64,000 nt of DNA from Candidatus Omnitrophota bacterium. Lineage in GTDB: Bacteria > Omnitrophota > Gorgyraeia > JAHJTE01. Positions 40,768 to 48,459 of this stretch are shown piece by piece. The DNA is taken from the NCBI GenBank assembly GCA_018830005.1, contig JAHJTE010000002.1, forward strand, positions 139,809 to 203,808. Reading direction: 5' to 3'. The notes beneath the pieces are model-generated. The model was not told the origin of the DNA, did no database searches, and saw nothing but the letters and a program-made list of their open reading frames with translations. Both the position numbers and the translations under genes were made by a program. Within the stretch, counting starts at the first letter, position 1; each line of letters starts with the position of its first letter.

Positions 40768-41000
40768 TCTAAATGCTCAAATTTCTATTTTGCCCCTAAA
40801 GTCTACTTATTAAGCTCCCTTTACTCCTAAAATTCACCTTTTTCCCGTATAATTGCTGCTAGTTTTTCCTCTTTTTCAAGGCTAAATATTAACCTTTTAA
40901 GTTCAAATGTCTCAAAAAAATTAACCTTTTTACACTTAAATCTCAGTATTTTTCAGTAAAATAACATACTTGAACACCCTTGAACAACCTTTTTCCTTAA

Positions 41001-41073
41001 CATTTCTTAGCATTTCTTAGTATTTCTTAGTAATATGTCAACATTTGTCAATAATATGTTAGCATTTGTTAGC
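41001..41073. repeat. Iteron-like array: about 7 imperfect 10-11-bp direct repeats in an AT-rich intergenic region (putative origin)
   Basis: catttcttag / catttcttag / tatttcttag / taatatgtcaa / catttgtcaa / taatatgttag / catttgttagc. Confidence 0.65.
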
Positions 41074-41171
41074 TTAAATGCTTACTTTTGCTCACTCAAC
41101 TCTACTTTAGGGCTGTAATATTGTATAAGCAATGTCCCTAATCTTCATATGTTCCATAGAAAAACCATTTC

Positions 41172-41363
41172 TCAACTATCTCTTTTTTGCGTAGGAATTG
41201 AAAATTTCCCACCAATGCCTGATCTCTTTGGATTTTTCCCAAAACGATACATAAACAAAGCACAATCTGTAATCTCGCAGCTTCTGACCTCTGAAGGCTG
41301 CCCTGCTGAACAATCAAGACATTTTGCTCTTATGGCCTTTATTGGAGTTAAGCGCTTCATCAT
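41172..41363 (-). CDS. Small Zn-ribbon protein (C4-type)
   Basis: 63 aa with CLDC-x13-C-x4-C spacing. Overlaps the upstream ORF by 50 bp. Confidence 0.45.
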   Translation of the reverse strand: MMKRLTPIKAIRAKCLDCSAGQPSEVRSCEITDCALFMYRFGKNPKRSGIGGKFSIPTQKRDS

Positions 41364-41889
41364 CTATTTCCTCCAAAATTTTATCTATCAACTTCCCGTC
41401 ATAGCCTCTATCCACATAGAAACTCCTTGCTTTTTTACTGCCACTAACCTTAATAATACCTCTCACCCCTTCCTTAATCTCCTTTTCTGAGGAAAATTGA
41501 TTATCAATATACTTTATTTCTTTATTTATTTCTTTATTTGGGGTAACATTTTGTTGCCCTATACTTGACATTTTGTTATCCTTAGAAGAATTTTTGTTAG
41601 CCTTTCTTTGCTGAATAAAGGATAACAATTTATTAGGCTGTACTAATATCCAATATTTTGTAGCCTCGGTCTTCCATCTCCCCCTAGTACATTTAATAAG
41701 ACCTATCTCCAGCAAATCCGCCACCTGTCTACCTATTGTTGCTTCACAAGCAAACTCTTCCTCAGCTAGCCTTTTATCATCATAGTAAAATGAGCCGTCA
41801 GACTCTAGCATCCTTTTTCTACAAAAGTATTTATATTTGCTAGCTAAATTATAAAATAATGATTTAAGGGGCTGTCTCATTCTTTTCAT
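41314..41889 (-). CDS. Hypothetical winged-helix protein, possible replication initiator of the element
   Basis: The N-terminal region has wH/HTH character (EATIGRQVADLLEIGLIKCTRGRW) and the C-terminus is K/E-rich. Lies beside the iterons. Confidence 0.4.
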   Translation of the reverse strand: MKRMRQPLKSLFYNLASKYKYFCRKRMLESDGSFYYDDKRLAEEEFACEATIGRQVADLLEIGLIKCTRGRWKTEATKYWILVQPNKLLSFIQQRKANKNSSKDNKMSSIGQQNVTPNKEINKEIKYIDNQFSSEKEIKEGVRGIIKVSGSKKARSFYVDRGYDGKLIDKILEEIDDEALNSNKGHKSKMS

Positions 41890-42181
41890 TTTCTTTCACC
41901 ACTTTTTCCATCAATTCTTCGTATTTCTGAAATATAGCTTTGTTAATTATTTCTGCGGTTTCTCGGTTAATAGGATAAAAAATGTTGATCTCTTTGCCAT
42001 TGGGCAATACTTTAATGGGATATAGCAAACGGTAGCCTTCGCCATTTGGACGTGAGTAAATTGCGATTGAATTTAGAGAGATAGAATCATTGATTACACA
42101 GGAAGCAAAGCCCAAAAGGCCTTTCTCGGTAGGTTTAACTGGTATGACGACTGATTCGGTAATTACGATTTCGCTCATCAT
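41864..42181 (-). CDS. spoVG: SpoVG-family nucleic-acid-binding protein
   Basis: Pattern match across the SpoVG core: GLLGFASCVINDSISLNSIAIYSRPNGEGYRLLYPIKVLPNGKEINIFYPINRETAEIINKAIFQKYEE versus B. subtilis ..[65 protein letters not shown]. Confidence 0.7.
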   Translation of the reverse strand: MMSEIVITESVVIPVKPTEKGLLGFASCVINDSISLNSIAIYSRPNGEGYRLLYPIKVLPNGKEINIFYPINRETAEIINKAIFQKYEELMEKVVKENEKNETAP

Positions 42182-42325
42182 CTCCTATCCTCAATAAACA
42201 AGAAGCTGTTGCAGACCTATTCAATCTGAACAGCTATAGTATACATTATTATCTATTTAACGTCAGTGGACGTGCTAAAAGAGCTTATTTTTCTATGGAG
42301 ATGCTATAGAGTTGGCTAGATTTCT

Positions 42326-43306
42326 TCAGCCAATTTTAAGGGGAGGCAAACCAAAAAGAACACCTTTATCAGGGGGAGGCATATTCAATTGAGCTATCTG
42401 CTCACTCATTCTTTTTATAGCTTTCTTGATTACATCTTGGAGGGGAGAAATACCTGTAGAAATCAATTTACCTTTTCTTCCTTCTTGCTTACCAGTTAGA
42501 TAATGCTGTTTTGCCTCTGTAAAATCTGCTTTATATTTGTCAGAAAGAAAACCATTTACTATCTCTTCATGTAATTGATGATCATCCAAAACCTTTCCTT
42601 GTAAATCCTCTTTTTTAATCGTGTCTTTGATTCTTCTGGTAATCAGAATATCAATATCCCGCATATGAAATCTCTTTTCTATTTCAGCAATCTTTTTTAT
42701 TGAAAATCCTTTTTTCTCCACATCATACCATCTCAAATCTCGTTCAAAATTGCCCTTACCTTCTATTTTGGATAAATAATACTTCTGCAATCTTTCGACA
42801 TCCTTCCATTTTTTTCTAATATCTTCTAAAGTAGCCCATTTTGTAATTGTAATTGAAATGCTATCCCTGCCTTTTCTAGGGTCTTGATCGAGATGTATTT
42901 CTACTGGTTCTCTTATAAACTTCCACAAATTGCTAAGATTGCATTCCCATCCTTCTCCTATACACCATCTATCACAAAATTCAAACCAAGAATCCCTAAA
43001 GCGCTCAAAGACTGACTGTAATTCATATAAATCATTACTGTTCCTTAAAGGCTTAAGGGCTTTTTTTCTAAGGTCATTACACTTATTGCAATAATCTTTC
43101 GCTTCTTTAACTAATTCTGGATATTTATTAACTTTGAAAAAACGAAGCACCTGCCTAGAAGGATCATGTCTGTTCCCAATTTTATCTAGTTTTTTGGCTA
43201 GCGGAAAATACTTCCTGCCTATTCTTTTCATAATTGCATTAAGTTCTTTATTAAACATCTCATTTCTTATAAGCAATTGAATTCTTTGAGTTTTCTTTTT
43301 CTCCAC
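42326..43306 (-). CDS. Hypothetical protein (326 aa, K/E/R-rich, no recognisable domain)
   Basis: Long ORF with codon usage like its neighbours. No motif recognised. Confidence 0.5.
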   Translation of the reverse strand: MEKKKTQRIQLLIRNEMFNKELNAIMKRIGRKYFPLAKKLDKIGNRHDPSRQVLRFFKVNKYPELVKEAKDYCNKCNDLRKKALKPLRNSNDLYELQSVFERFRDSWFEFCDRWCIGEGWECNLSNLWKFIREPVEIHLDQDPRKGRDSISITITKWATLEDIRKKWKDVERLQKYYLSKIEGKGNFERDLRWYDVEKKGFSIKKIAEIEKRFHMRDIDILITRRIKDTIKKEDLQGKVLDDHQLHEEIVNGFLSDKYKADFTEAKQHYLTGKQEGRKGKLISTGISPLQDVIKKAIKRMSEQIAQLNMPPPDKGVLFGLPPLKIG

Positions 43307-43329
43307 TTCTTCCTCACATCTTTAAAATT

Positions 43330-43911
43330 TCAAGTATCGCTGTCAGATGATTCCTTAGTATGTTGTGGTATTTTATTCAGATTAGCTAATTCTCTTAATG
43401 CTTTTAACATATCTTTTGCAGTTCGTCTAACCGCAGCTACCGCAGCCTGATGTTCACTCCATCCCATCAATAGCCCGCTTGGCTTATGACTTACGGAAAC
43501 TATCTGTCCAGTTTTTGTATCAATCATTTTTACTGTAGCAAAAGCATTCAGAGTTAACCCGTTATTATATGAAGTTATGTTACCTAACAGTACCACTTCA
43601 GCATTAACCGATTCTCCAATTTTTTGTGCTTCAAGAATAGTAATAGCGTTATTGACATCGTTTTTTACGCCTATTTTAGTAATTGCAAACTGAATTGTTG
43701 AAGGCTCAACAAGTACGAAATCATCTTGCTCTAAAAGGTGGAGATTTAGTGTGTCTGTGGCTACTTGAGTAAATCGCATGTCTCCTGAAAAAGGTAAAAC
43801 CGCAATTTTTGACCAATTATTCGGAATAAACTTACTATTTCTTCTAAAATAAGAAGGATTAGCGCATCCAACCAAACCCAAACATAACAAGACAACAAGA
43901 ATCTTCTTCAT
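43330..43911 (-). CDS. Lipoprotein (possibly CsgG/LpoB-like fold)
   Basis: Signal peptide MKKILVVLLCLGLVGCA with lipobox; IAVLPFSGD ... segment resembles the (V/I)AVLPF motif of CsgG/LpoB-like lipoproteins. Confidence 0.5.
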   Translation of the reverse strand: MKKILVVLLCLGLVGCANPSYFRRNSKFIPNNWSKIAVLPFSGDMRFTQVATDTLNLHLLEQDDFVLVEPSTIQFAITKIGVKNDVNNAITILEAQKIGESVNAEVVLLGNITSYNNGLTLNAFATVKMIDTKTGQIVSVSHKPSGLLMGWSEHQAAVAAVRRTAKDMLKALRELANLNKIPQHTKESSDSDT

Positions 43912-43948
43912 CTCTCACCTCATCCTTATTTCATATTTTCTGATATTC

Positions 43949-44299
43949 TCATCTGCGTATCTCTATCACAGTATCCGCTTCTTTTTTTAATCTTGGCCGC
44001 TTCAGCTCTAGGTCATCTGCATCAAGACACATAAAATGAACTTCTGCTTTTGGAAAATTAGTTAGTATATACGGTGGCTTGGCCTCGCTGATATGAATTA
44101 CCTGAAAGTGCTTTCCTTGATTTTCACAAAATTCGTTAGCCTCTTGTAATGCTTTAGCCTTGAGTTTCCCCGAACCAGAAAAACCCGTAGCCGCTTGACG
44201 AGAGACCATAAAAGTGTCTTGCCCCATTGGAACCACGCCTGAATTTATCGCACACCCAACCAATCCTAAACACAATAAGACAATTAAAATCTTTTTCAT
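43949..44299 (-). CDS. Small lipoprotein
   Basis: Signal peptide MKKILIVLLCLGLVGCA is almost identical to that of the upstream lipoprotein. The mature part is unrelated. Confidence 0.5.
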   Translation of the reverse strand: MKKILIVLLCLGLVGCAINSGVVPMGQDTFMVSRQAATGFSGSGKLKAKALQEANEFCENQGKHFQVIHISEAKPPYILTNFPKAEVHFMCLDADDLELKRPRLKKEADTVIEIRR

Positions 44300-44334
44300 A
44301 TCTTACCCCCAAGCAACTATTAATTGTTTTTTAT

Positions 44335-44751
44335 TCATTTTCTATTAGCATTTGGCTTAACAAAAAACTTTGAACGATGCATAGCCCAAATAACAAGCGG
44401 GAACGCAGCTAAAAGAGAAGTTGTCCTTTCTGCAAGGTAAGGTTTAGATATTAAAACTGCAATTAAACTCGCAGGAATCATTAAAAAGGCGTGTATAATC
44501 CAAATTCCAATTATCCAAAATATGCGTTTGGGAATACTCCAACCTCGGTCAGTGCAAGCAGCCAAAATAGCAAAAATCAACATTATCAATATGGTAAATC
44601 CAGACTCGTGACTGTAAGAACCTCCACTTCGTGCAATTATCCCAGCGCCAACAGTGCTTATCAACCAAAAGACAATTAAACCTAACCACCAGCGTTTTGG
44701 TTTCCATTTCCAATTTGTTTTATTACTTTTTTCCATCGCCCCGCCAACCAT
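44335..44751 (-). CDS. Hypothetical membrane protein (3-4 TM)
   Basis: Hydrophobic segments; basic N-terminus. Confidence 0.45.
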   Translation of the reverse strand: MVGGAMEKSNKTNWKWKPKRWWLGLIVFWLISTVGAGIIARSGGSYSHESGFTILIMLIFAILAACTDRGWSIPKRIFWIIGIWIIHAFLMIPASLIAVLISKPYLAERTTSLLAAFPLVIWAMHRSKFFVKPNANRK

Positions 44752-44814
44752 TAATTGCTTTCTATGTAACGCTTCTCCTTAAAATCAACTTCGCTTTTGG
44801 TATATACTACAAAG

Positions 44815-45090
44815 TTACCCCTTAAGTTCCCTAATACATCTCTTTAGATTTGCAGTCATCAATTTAATGATGGGGAAATACAATGGGATAAGTAAAGGCA
44901 AAGCAATAATACAAGCTCCATTCAATACAATGTCTGAATAAGGATTAGGCATCAAGGGATATATAACAAAATATAAGATTGTTACCAAAAGCCACGCAAT
45001 TAATAATGGCACTCCTAACAATAATATATTGATAATAATTTTTAATCCGATAAGGTAAGTTTTAAAAAATTGCCTTTGTTTTTCATCCAT
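44815..45090 (-). CDS. Small hypothetical membrane protein (2-3 TM)
   Basis: 91 aa and highly hydrophobic. Confidence 0.4.
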   Translation of the reverse strand: MDEKQRQFFKTYLIGLKIIINILLLGVPLLIAWLLVTILYFVIYPLMPNPYSDIVLNGACIIALPLLIPLYFPIIKLMTANLKRCIRELKG

Positions 45091-45237
45091 AATAACCTCG
45101 CATCCTCTAAAATAAGAAAAAACTAACAGCTTAACATTGGCCTAAGATTAGTATACTTTGCCCCATAACCACTCCTTTGTGGTGGGTATGCTATTACACA
45201 CTGGAAGGTTATTTTAGCTCTGTTCAATTATTGTGTC

Positions 45238-45264
45238 AAACAAAAACCCCAGCTCATCACTGGG
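45238..45264 (-). terminator. Putative rho-independent terminator downstream of the PIN gene
   Basis: On the minus strand, stem CCCAG/CTGGG with a 7-nt loop is followed by TTTTTGTTT. Confidence 0.4.
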
Positions 45265-45296
45265 TGTTCTTTAGTTAAAATAATGGGGGGTCTTTT

Positions 45297-45854
45297 TTAG
45301 CTAGGCTTGAGTCTGTCTGGAAAAGTTTGGTAATTATTCGGATCTAATACAGCTATACTCAATCTCTCGGCAACTTTAGCCATTGCCAAATCGCATGTTA
45401 CAAGAAAAAAATCTTTATGTCTCTTCTTAAAATTTGCTGCCATTCCTACTATCAAAACATCTATACAACTAAGGAAGTCTCTTTCTTCATTATATTCTAA
45501 ATATATATCTCTTGCATGATCAAATATTTCATACGTTTTTATAATATCCTTACGTGTTATAGAACATATATTATATTTTCGTTTTTCAAGATCATATGTA
45601 AAATTGGTTTTCATCGTTAAAAATTTATCATCATTTATACGTTTACTTTTATCTGTATATCTCTTAGTGTAAAATACCAAAAACGTTTCAGTAATACAGA
45701 TGTCTGGCAAAAATAAAGAGAGCCTATTAGCTCTCTTTTTATCTTTTTTGTGGCTCTCTATCCAAAATGTAACTGCTTTTGTTCCAGTCGGCTCCTTATT
45801 GTAATACTTTACAAAGGCACTCGTATCAAAGAATAATTCATCATTTCTTTTCAT
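45297..45854 (-). CDS. PIN-domain protein (VapC-like toxin)
   Basis: N-terminal FFDTSAFVKYY PIN motif with the conserved Asp, and a further acidic residue near the C-terminus (TCDLAMA). Confidence 0.6.
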   Translation of the reverse strand: MKRNDELFFDTSAFVKYYNKEPTGTKAVTFWIESHKKDKKRANRLSLFLPDICITETFLVFYTKRYTDKSKRINDDKFLTMKTNFTYDLEKRKYNICSITRKDIIKTYEIFDHARDIYLEYNEERDFLSCIDVLIVGMAANFKKRHKDFFLVTCDLAMAKVAERLSIAVLDPNNYQTFPDRLKPS

Positions 45855-46044
45855 CCCCGTTCCTTCGTAACTTAATTACAGTGCCTGATAAATTAAGATT
45901 GCCTGTTTTCTTCAGCAATTCATCGTGCGCACAAACATATTTCTTTAAGTCCTTGGGAACGCAAAAACCTTTCTCGTCAACAAAGATGCTTTTAATAGTC
46001 TGAAATAATTTAACCATAATTTTCTTCTCCCTCATTATACCCAC
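45841..46044 (-). CDS. Putative antitoxin partner of the PIN toxin (small upstream ORF overlapping by 14 bp)
   Basis: 67 aa. Has the classic overlapping antitoxin-toxin arrangement, with an inverted repeat in its promoter region. Confidence 0.45.
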   Translation of the reverse strand: MGIMREKKIMVKLFQTIKSIFVDEKGFCVPKDLKKYVCAHDELLKKTGNLNLSGTVIKLRRNGDEKK

Positions 46045-46045
46045 T

Positions 46046-46074
46046 TATAGAGTATAGCATATTTTACCTCTATA
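46046..46074. promoter_or_regulatory. Inverted repeat TATAGAG-N15-CTCTATA upstream of the putative TA operon (candidate operator/promoter)
   Basis: Seen directly in sequence; overlaps -10-like TATA-rich sequence. Confidence 0.4.
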
Positions 46075-46380
46075 TACCAATCACTGTCAAGCTTTTCAAA
46101 TTTTGCTATTCGCACCAAAGATACCCCCTATTTATTATATCTATATCAAAAGCGATAAGGTGTACTCCTCAATTTGATTTTACCCATAAGACTCAATATA
46201 TACATACCCAAGGGGGTGCCTTTGGGACGCCTAGGGGGTTGGTGTCCAAATAGTGTCCATCTGATGGGGAAAAATGGGGTAATTCGGGGAAGAGCAGAGA
46301 CTAAAATATTTTATGTAAGTGGTTGGGAGTTAATATATTTAATTGAATTTCAAGAGGTTAGGAAAAATACTTCTATCGCT

Positions 46381-46419
46381 TTACAAGTGAGGTGCTCTAC
46401 CAACTGAGCTACGCCAGCA
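46381..46419. repeat. attR: displaced 5' half of tRNA-Thr (39-bp direct repeat, pseudo-tRNA fragment)
   Basis: Identical to 38137..38175. The flanking sequence is not tRNA-like on the element side. Confidence 0.85.
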
Positions 46420-46425
46420 TTTAAA

Positions 46426-47325
46426 TTATTGACTACTTTTTTTTATTGCCTCAGGGATTCTTTCAATTAAATCCGAGGCGATTAAACTCAACTCGCCACT
46501 TTCCCTTGCTGCTAAATCGCCTGCTAGGCCATGGATATATGTCGCATACTTAGCCGCAGAATAAACATCCAAACCTTGGGCTAGGAAAGAAGCAACAATG
46601 CCTGTAAGTACGTCTCCACATCCAGCTGTTGCCATACCTGGATTTCCTGTAGTATTAATATAAACCTTGCCGGAGAAATCAGCAACAATACTTCGATAAC
46701 CTTTCAAGATAAGCGTCAGACCAAATTCTTTTGAGAATTTAGAAGCAACTTCTTTTCTGTGGCCCTGGACATAAGAGGTGGACTTGGCAATAAGTCTGGC
46801 CATCTCTCCTGGATGGGGTGTTAAGACTAAATTCCTATTGAGTCTTTTTTTTGCCCTTAGTTTTAATACCTTTAAATTTGCAGCCAAGGCATTTATTGCA
46901 TCAGCATCAATAACCATCTTCAGTTTACAATGAGCAATAATACTGCGAACTAATTTTTGTGTCGATAGATTTAATGATAATCCGGGACCTATTGCCAGAA
47001 CGTCTACCTTCTTTAGAAAATTATTTATTTTTGGTAAGGCCTTAATACTGGCTGACTGAGAGCTTGTCTGGGCCAAAGGCAGGGTCATTACTTCAACTAA
47101 TTGCTTCTGGAATATATTATTAAGGCTTTTTGGTATGCCTAGCGTAACTAATCCAGCTCCTGTTCTCAGACTTGAGCGCGCTGTGAGTATTGCAGCTCCC
47201 GTCAATCCGGCTGAACCACATAAGGCAAATATGTGTCCGTAATTTCCCTTATGTGAATTGGGCTTTCTTTTCGATAACTGCGCTGGCAACTGCATAATTT
47301 TCCGTATGGGAAATAGAGATTGCAA
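46426..47325 (-). CDS. nnrD: ADP-dependent NAD(P)H-hydrate dehydratase (YjeF C-terminal domain)
   Basis: GNPGMATAGCGDVLTG motif of the carbohydrate-kinase-like YjeF_C family. The true start is probably downstream of 47325, since it overlaps acpS. Confidence 0.8.
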   Translation of the reverse strand: MQSLFPIRKIMQLPAQLSKRKPNSHKGNYGHIFALCGSAGLTGAAILTARSSLRTGAGLVTLGIPKSLNNIFQKQLVEVMTLPLAQTSSQSASIKALPKINNFLKKVDVLAIGPGLSLNLSTQKLVRSIIAHCKLKMVIDADAINALAANLKVLKLRAKKRLNRNLVLTPHPGEMARLIAKSTSYVQGHRKEVASKFSKEFGLTLILKGYRSIVADFSGKVYINTTGNPGMATAGCGDVLTGIVASFLAQGLDVYSAAKYATYIHGLAGDLAARESGELSLIASDLIERIPEAIKKSSQ

Positions 47326-47605
47326 TATTAAATCCGTCTCTACTAAGCCGGCAAAATGGCCTGCCTACATCATCATTTAGTATCTCTATATCCTTAAAAT
47401 TGAATTGACCGCGGCTAAAGCCCTTAAGCACTGCCTCTTTTGCGGCAAATCTGCCTGCAAGATGCATTGAAGATAATTTTTTACTTTTGGCGTATCCGAT
47501 TTCTCGCACCGTAAAAATTCGTTTCAAGAAATTATCGCCACCGCGCTCAATTGCCTTTTCAATACGCTCTACTTCAATTATATCTATACCTGTACCAATA
47601 ATCAT
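47249..47605 (-). CDS. acpS: Holo-[acyl-carrier-protein] synthase
   Basis: MIIGTGIDIIEVERI is a classic AcpS N-terminus; 118 aa. Confidence 0.85.
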   Translation of the reverse strand: MIIGTGIDIIEVERIEKAIERGGDNFLKRIFTVREIGYAKSKKLSSMHLAGRFAAKEAVLKGFSRGQFNFKDIEILNDDVGRPFCRLSRDGFNIAISISHTENYAVASAVIEKKAQFT

Positions 47606-48321
47606 TACGCTCTATCCATTAATTTACGCATTTGCCTAACAGCGGTTCCCAGCCCGAAGAAAACTGCTCTACAAATAATAGAATAACCGATATTAAGCTC
47701 TTCTATTCCCTTTATTGCTACAACATCTGCTGTATTGGAATAATCAAGGCCATGACCTGCTGCCACGCAAAGACCAAGTTGCCTGGCAAAATTGGTCTTG
47801 AGTTTTAAGTCTTTAAGTAGTTGGCGGCGCAATTTATGATTCTTAGCCTCGGCGTATTTTCCAGTATGTAACTCTATTGTATCTGCGCCTACTCTTTTTG
47901 CCGCCTTGATTTGTTTTTTTACAGGATCAATGAACAAGCTGACATTAATACCGCAAGATTTAAGACGTTTAACAACATTTTTAATTTTAGATTCATTGGA
48001 TGCAACGTCTAGGCCGCCTTCGGTAGTTAATTCTTGACGTCTCTCAGGAACTAATGTTGAAACATCCGGCCTAAGGCGCGTGGCAATATCAACTATATCC
48101 TTATTGATTGACATCTCCAAATTTAGATGCGAACGAATAACCTTCCTTAATCTAAATACATCCTTGTCCTGGATATGTCTTCTGTCCTCGCGCAGATGAA
48201 CCACAATGCCGTCAGCGCCATTTAAGAGGCATATCTTTGCCGCCTCTATAGGAGAAATAAGCGTGCTTTTACGAGCCTGTCGCAATGTTGCAACATGATC
48301 AACATTTACACCTAACCTCAT
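47605..48321 (-). CDS. pdxJ: Pyridoxine 5'-phosphate synthase
   Basis: MRLGVNVDHVATLRQAR N-terminus; 238 aa. Confidence 0.9.
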   Translation of the reverse strand: MRLGVNVDHVATLRQARKSTLISPIEAAKICLLNGADGIVVHLREDRRHIQDKDVFRLRKVIRSHLNLEMSINKDIVDIATRLRPDVSTLVPERRQELTTEGGLDVASNESKIKNVVKRLKSCGINVSLFIDPVKKQIKAAKRVGADTIELHTGKYAEAKNHKLRRQLLKDLKLKTNFARQLGLCVAAGHGLDYSNTADVVAIKGIEELNIGYSIICRAVFFGLGTAVRQMRKLMDRA

Positions 48322-48459
48322 AATAATTATTCTTTACCAATTGGAAGCTCTCTCAAAAATAGACTCCCCGAGAAACTTCACTGCTTACGTAAAACCAGGT
48401 AATAATAGCAAGGACGAGAGAAACTGCCTTAAGCCACAAATTATTGTTTATCCAGCTTT

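Larger units (their letters stand above)
38137..46419. mobile_element. Integrated element (~8.2 kb) in tRNA-Thr(TGT), bounded by perfect 39-bp direct repeats; int-xis-replication module, cargo and TA pair
   Basis: Perfect direct repeats at both ends. A tyrosine recombinase lies next to the reconstituted tRNA. An AlpA-type excisionase, iterons and replication-like genes are present, and housekeeping genes resume immediately outside both repeats. Confidence 0.8.

Noticed and set aside
40970-41080. Possible small CRISPR-like array
   Set aside because: The repeats are only 10-11 bp, directly abutting with no spacers, and AT-rich. That fits iterons. No cas genes are present in the window.
41149-41490. 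113-aa plus-strand ORF in the element
   Set aside because: Overlaps two co-directional minus-strand ORFs. The minus-strand reading gives a Zn-ribbon protein, so this is likely a shadow ORF.
42200-42240. Inverted repeat GCTGTT...AACAGC downstream of ORF 42326..43306 as a terminator
   Set aside because: Only a 6-bp stem and no convincing U-tract, so it is too weak to call.
46174-46407. 77-aa plus-strand ORF at the right end of the element
   Set aside because: It runs across the attR repeat into the tRNA fragment. No RBS or motif was found, so it is probably a chance ORF in non-coding att-proximal DNA.
47249-47325. 77-bp overlap between acpS and the nnr ORF
   Set aside because: This is most likely an over-extended nnr start. 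Internal in-frame Met codons downstream give a normal 4-bp or no overlap, so it is not treated as a real feature.
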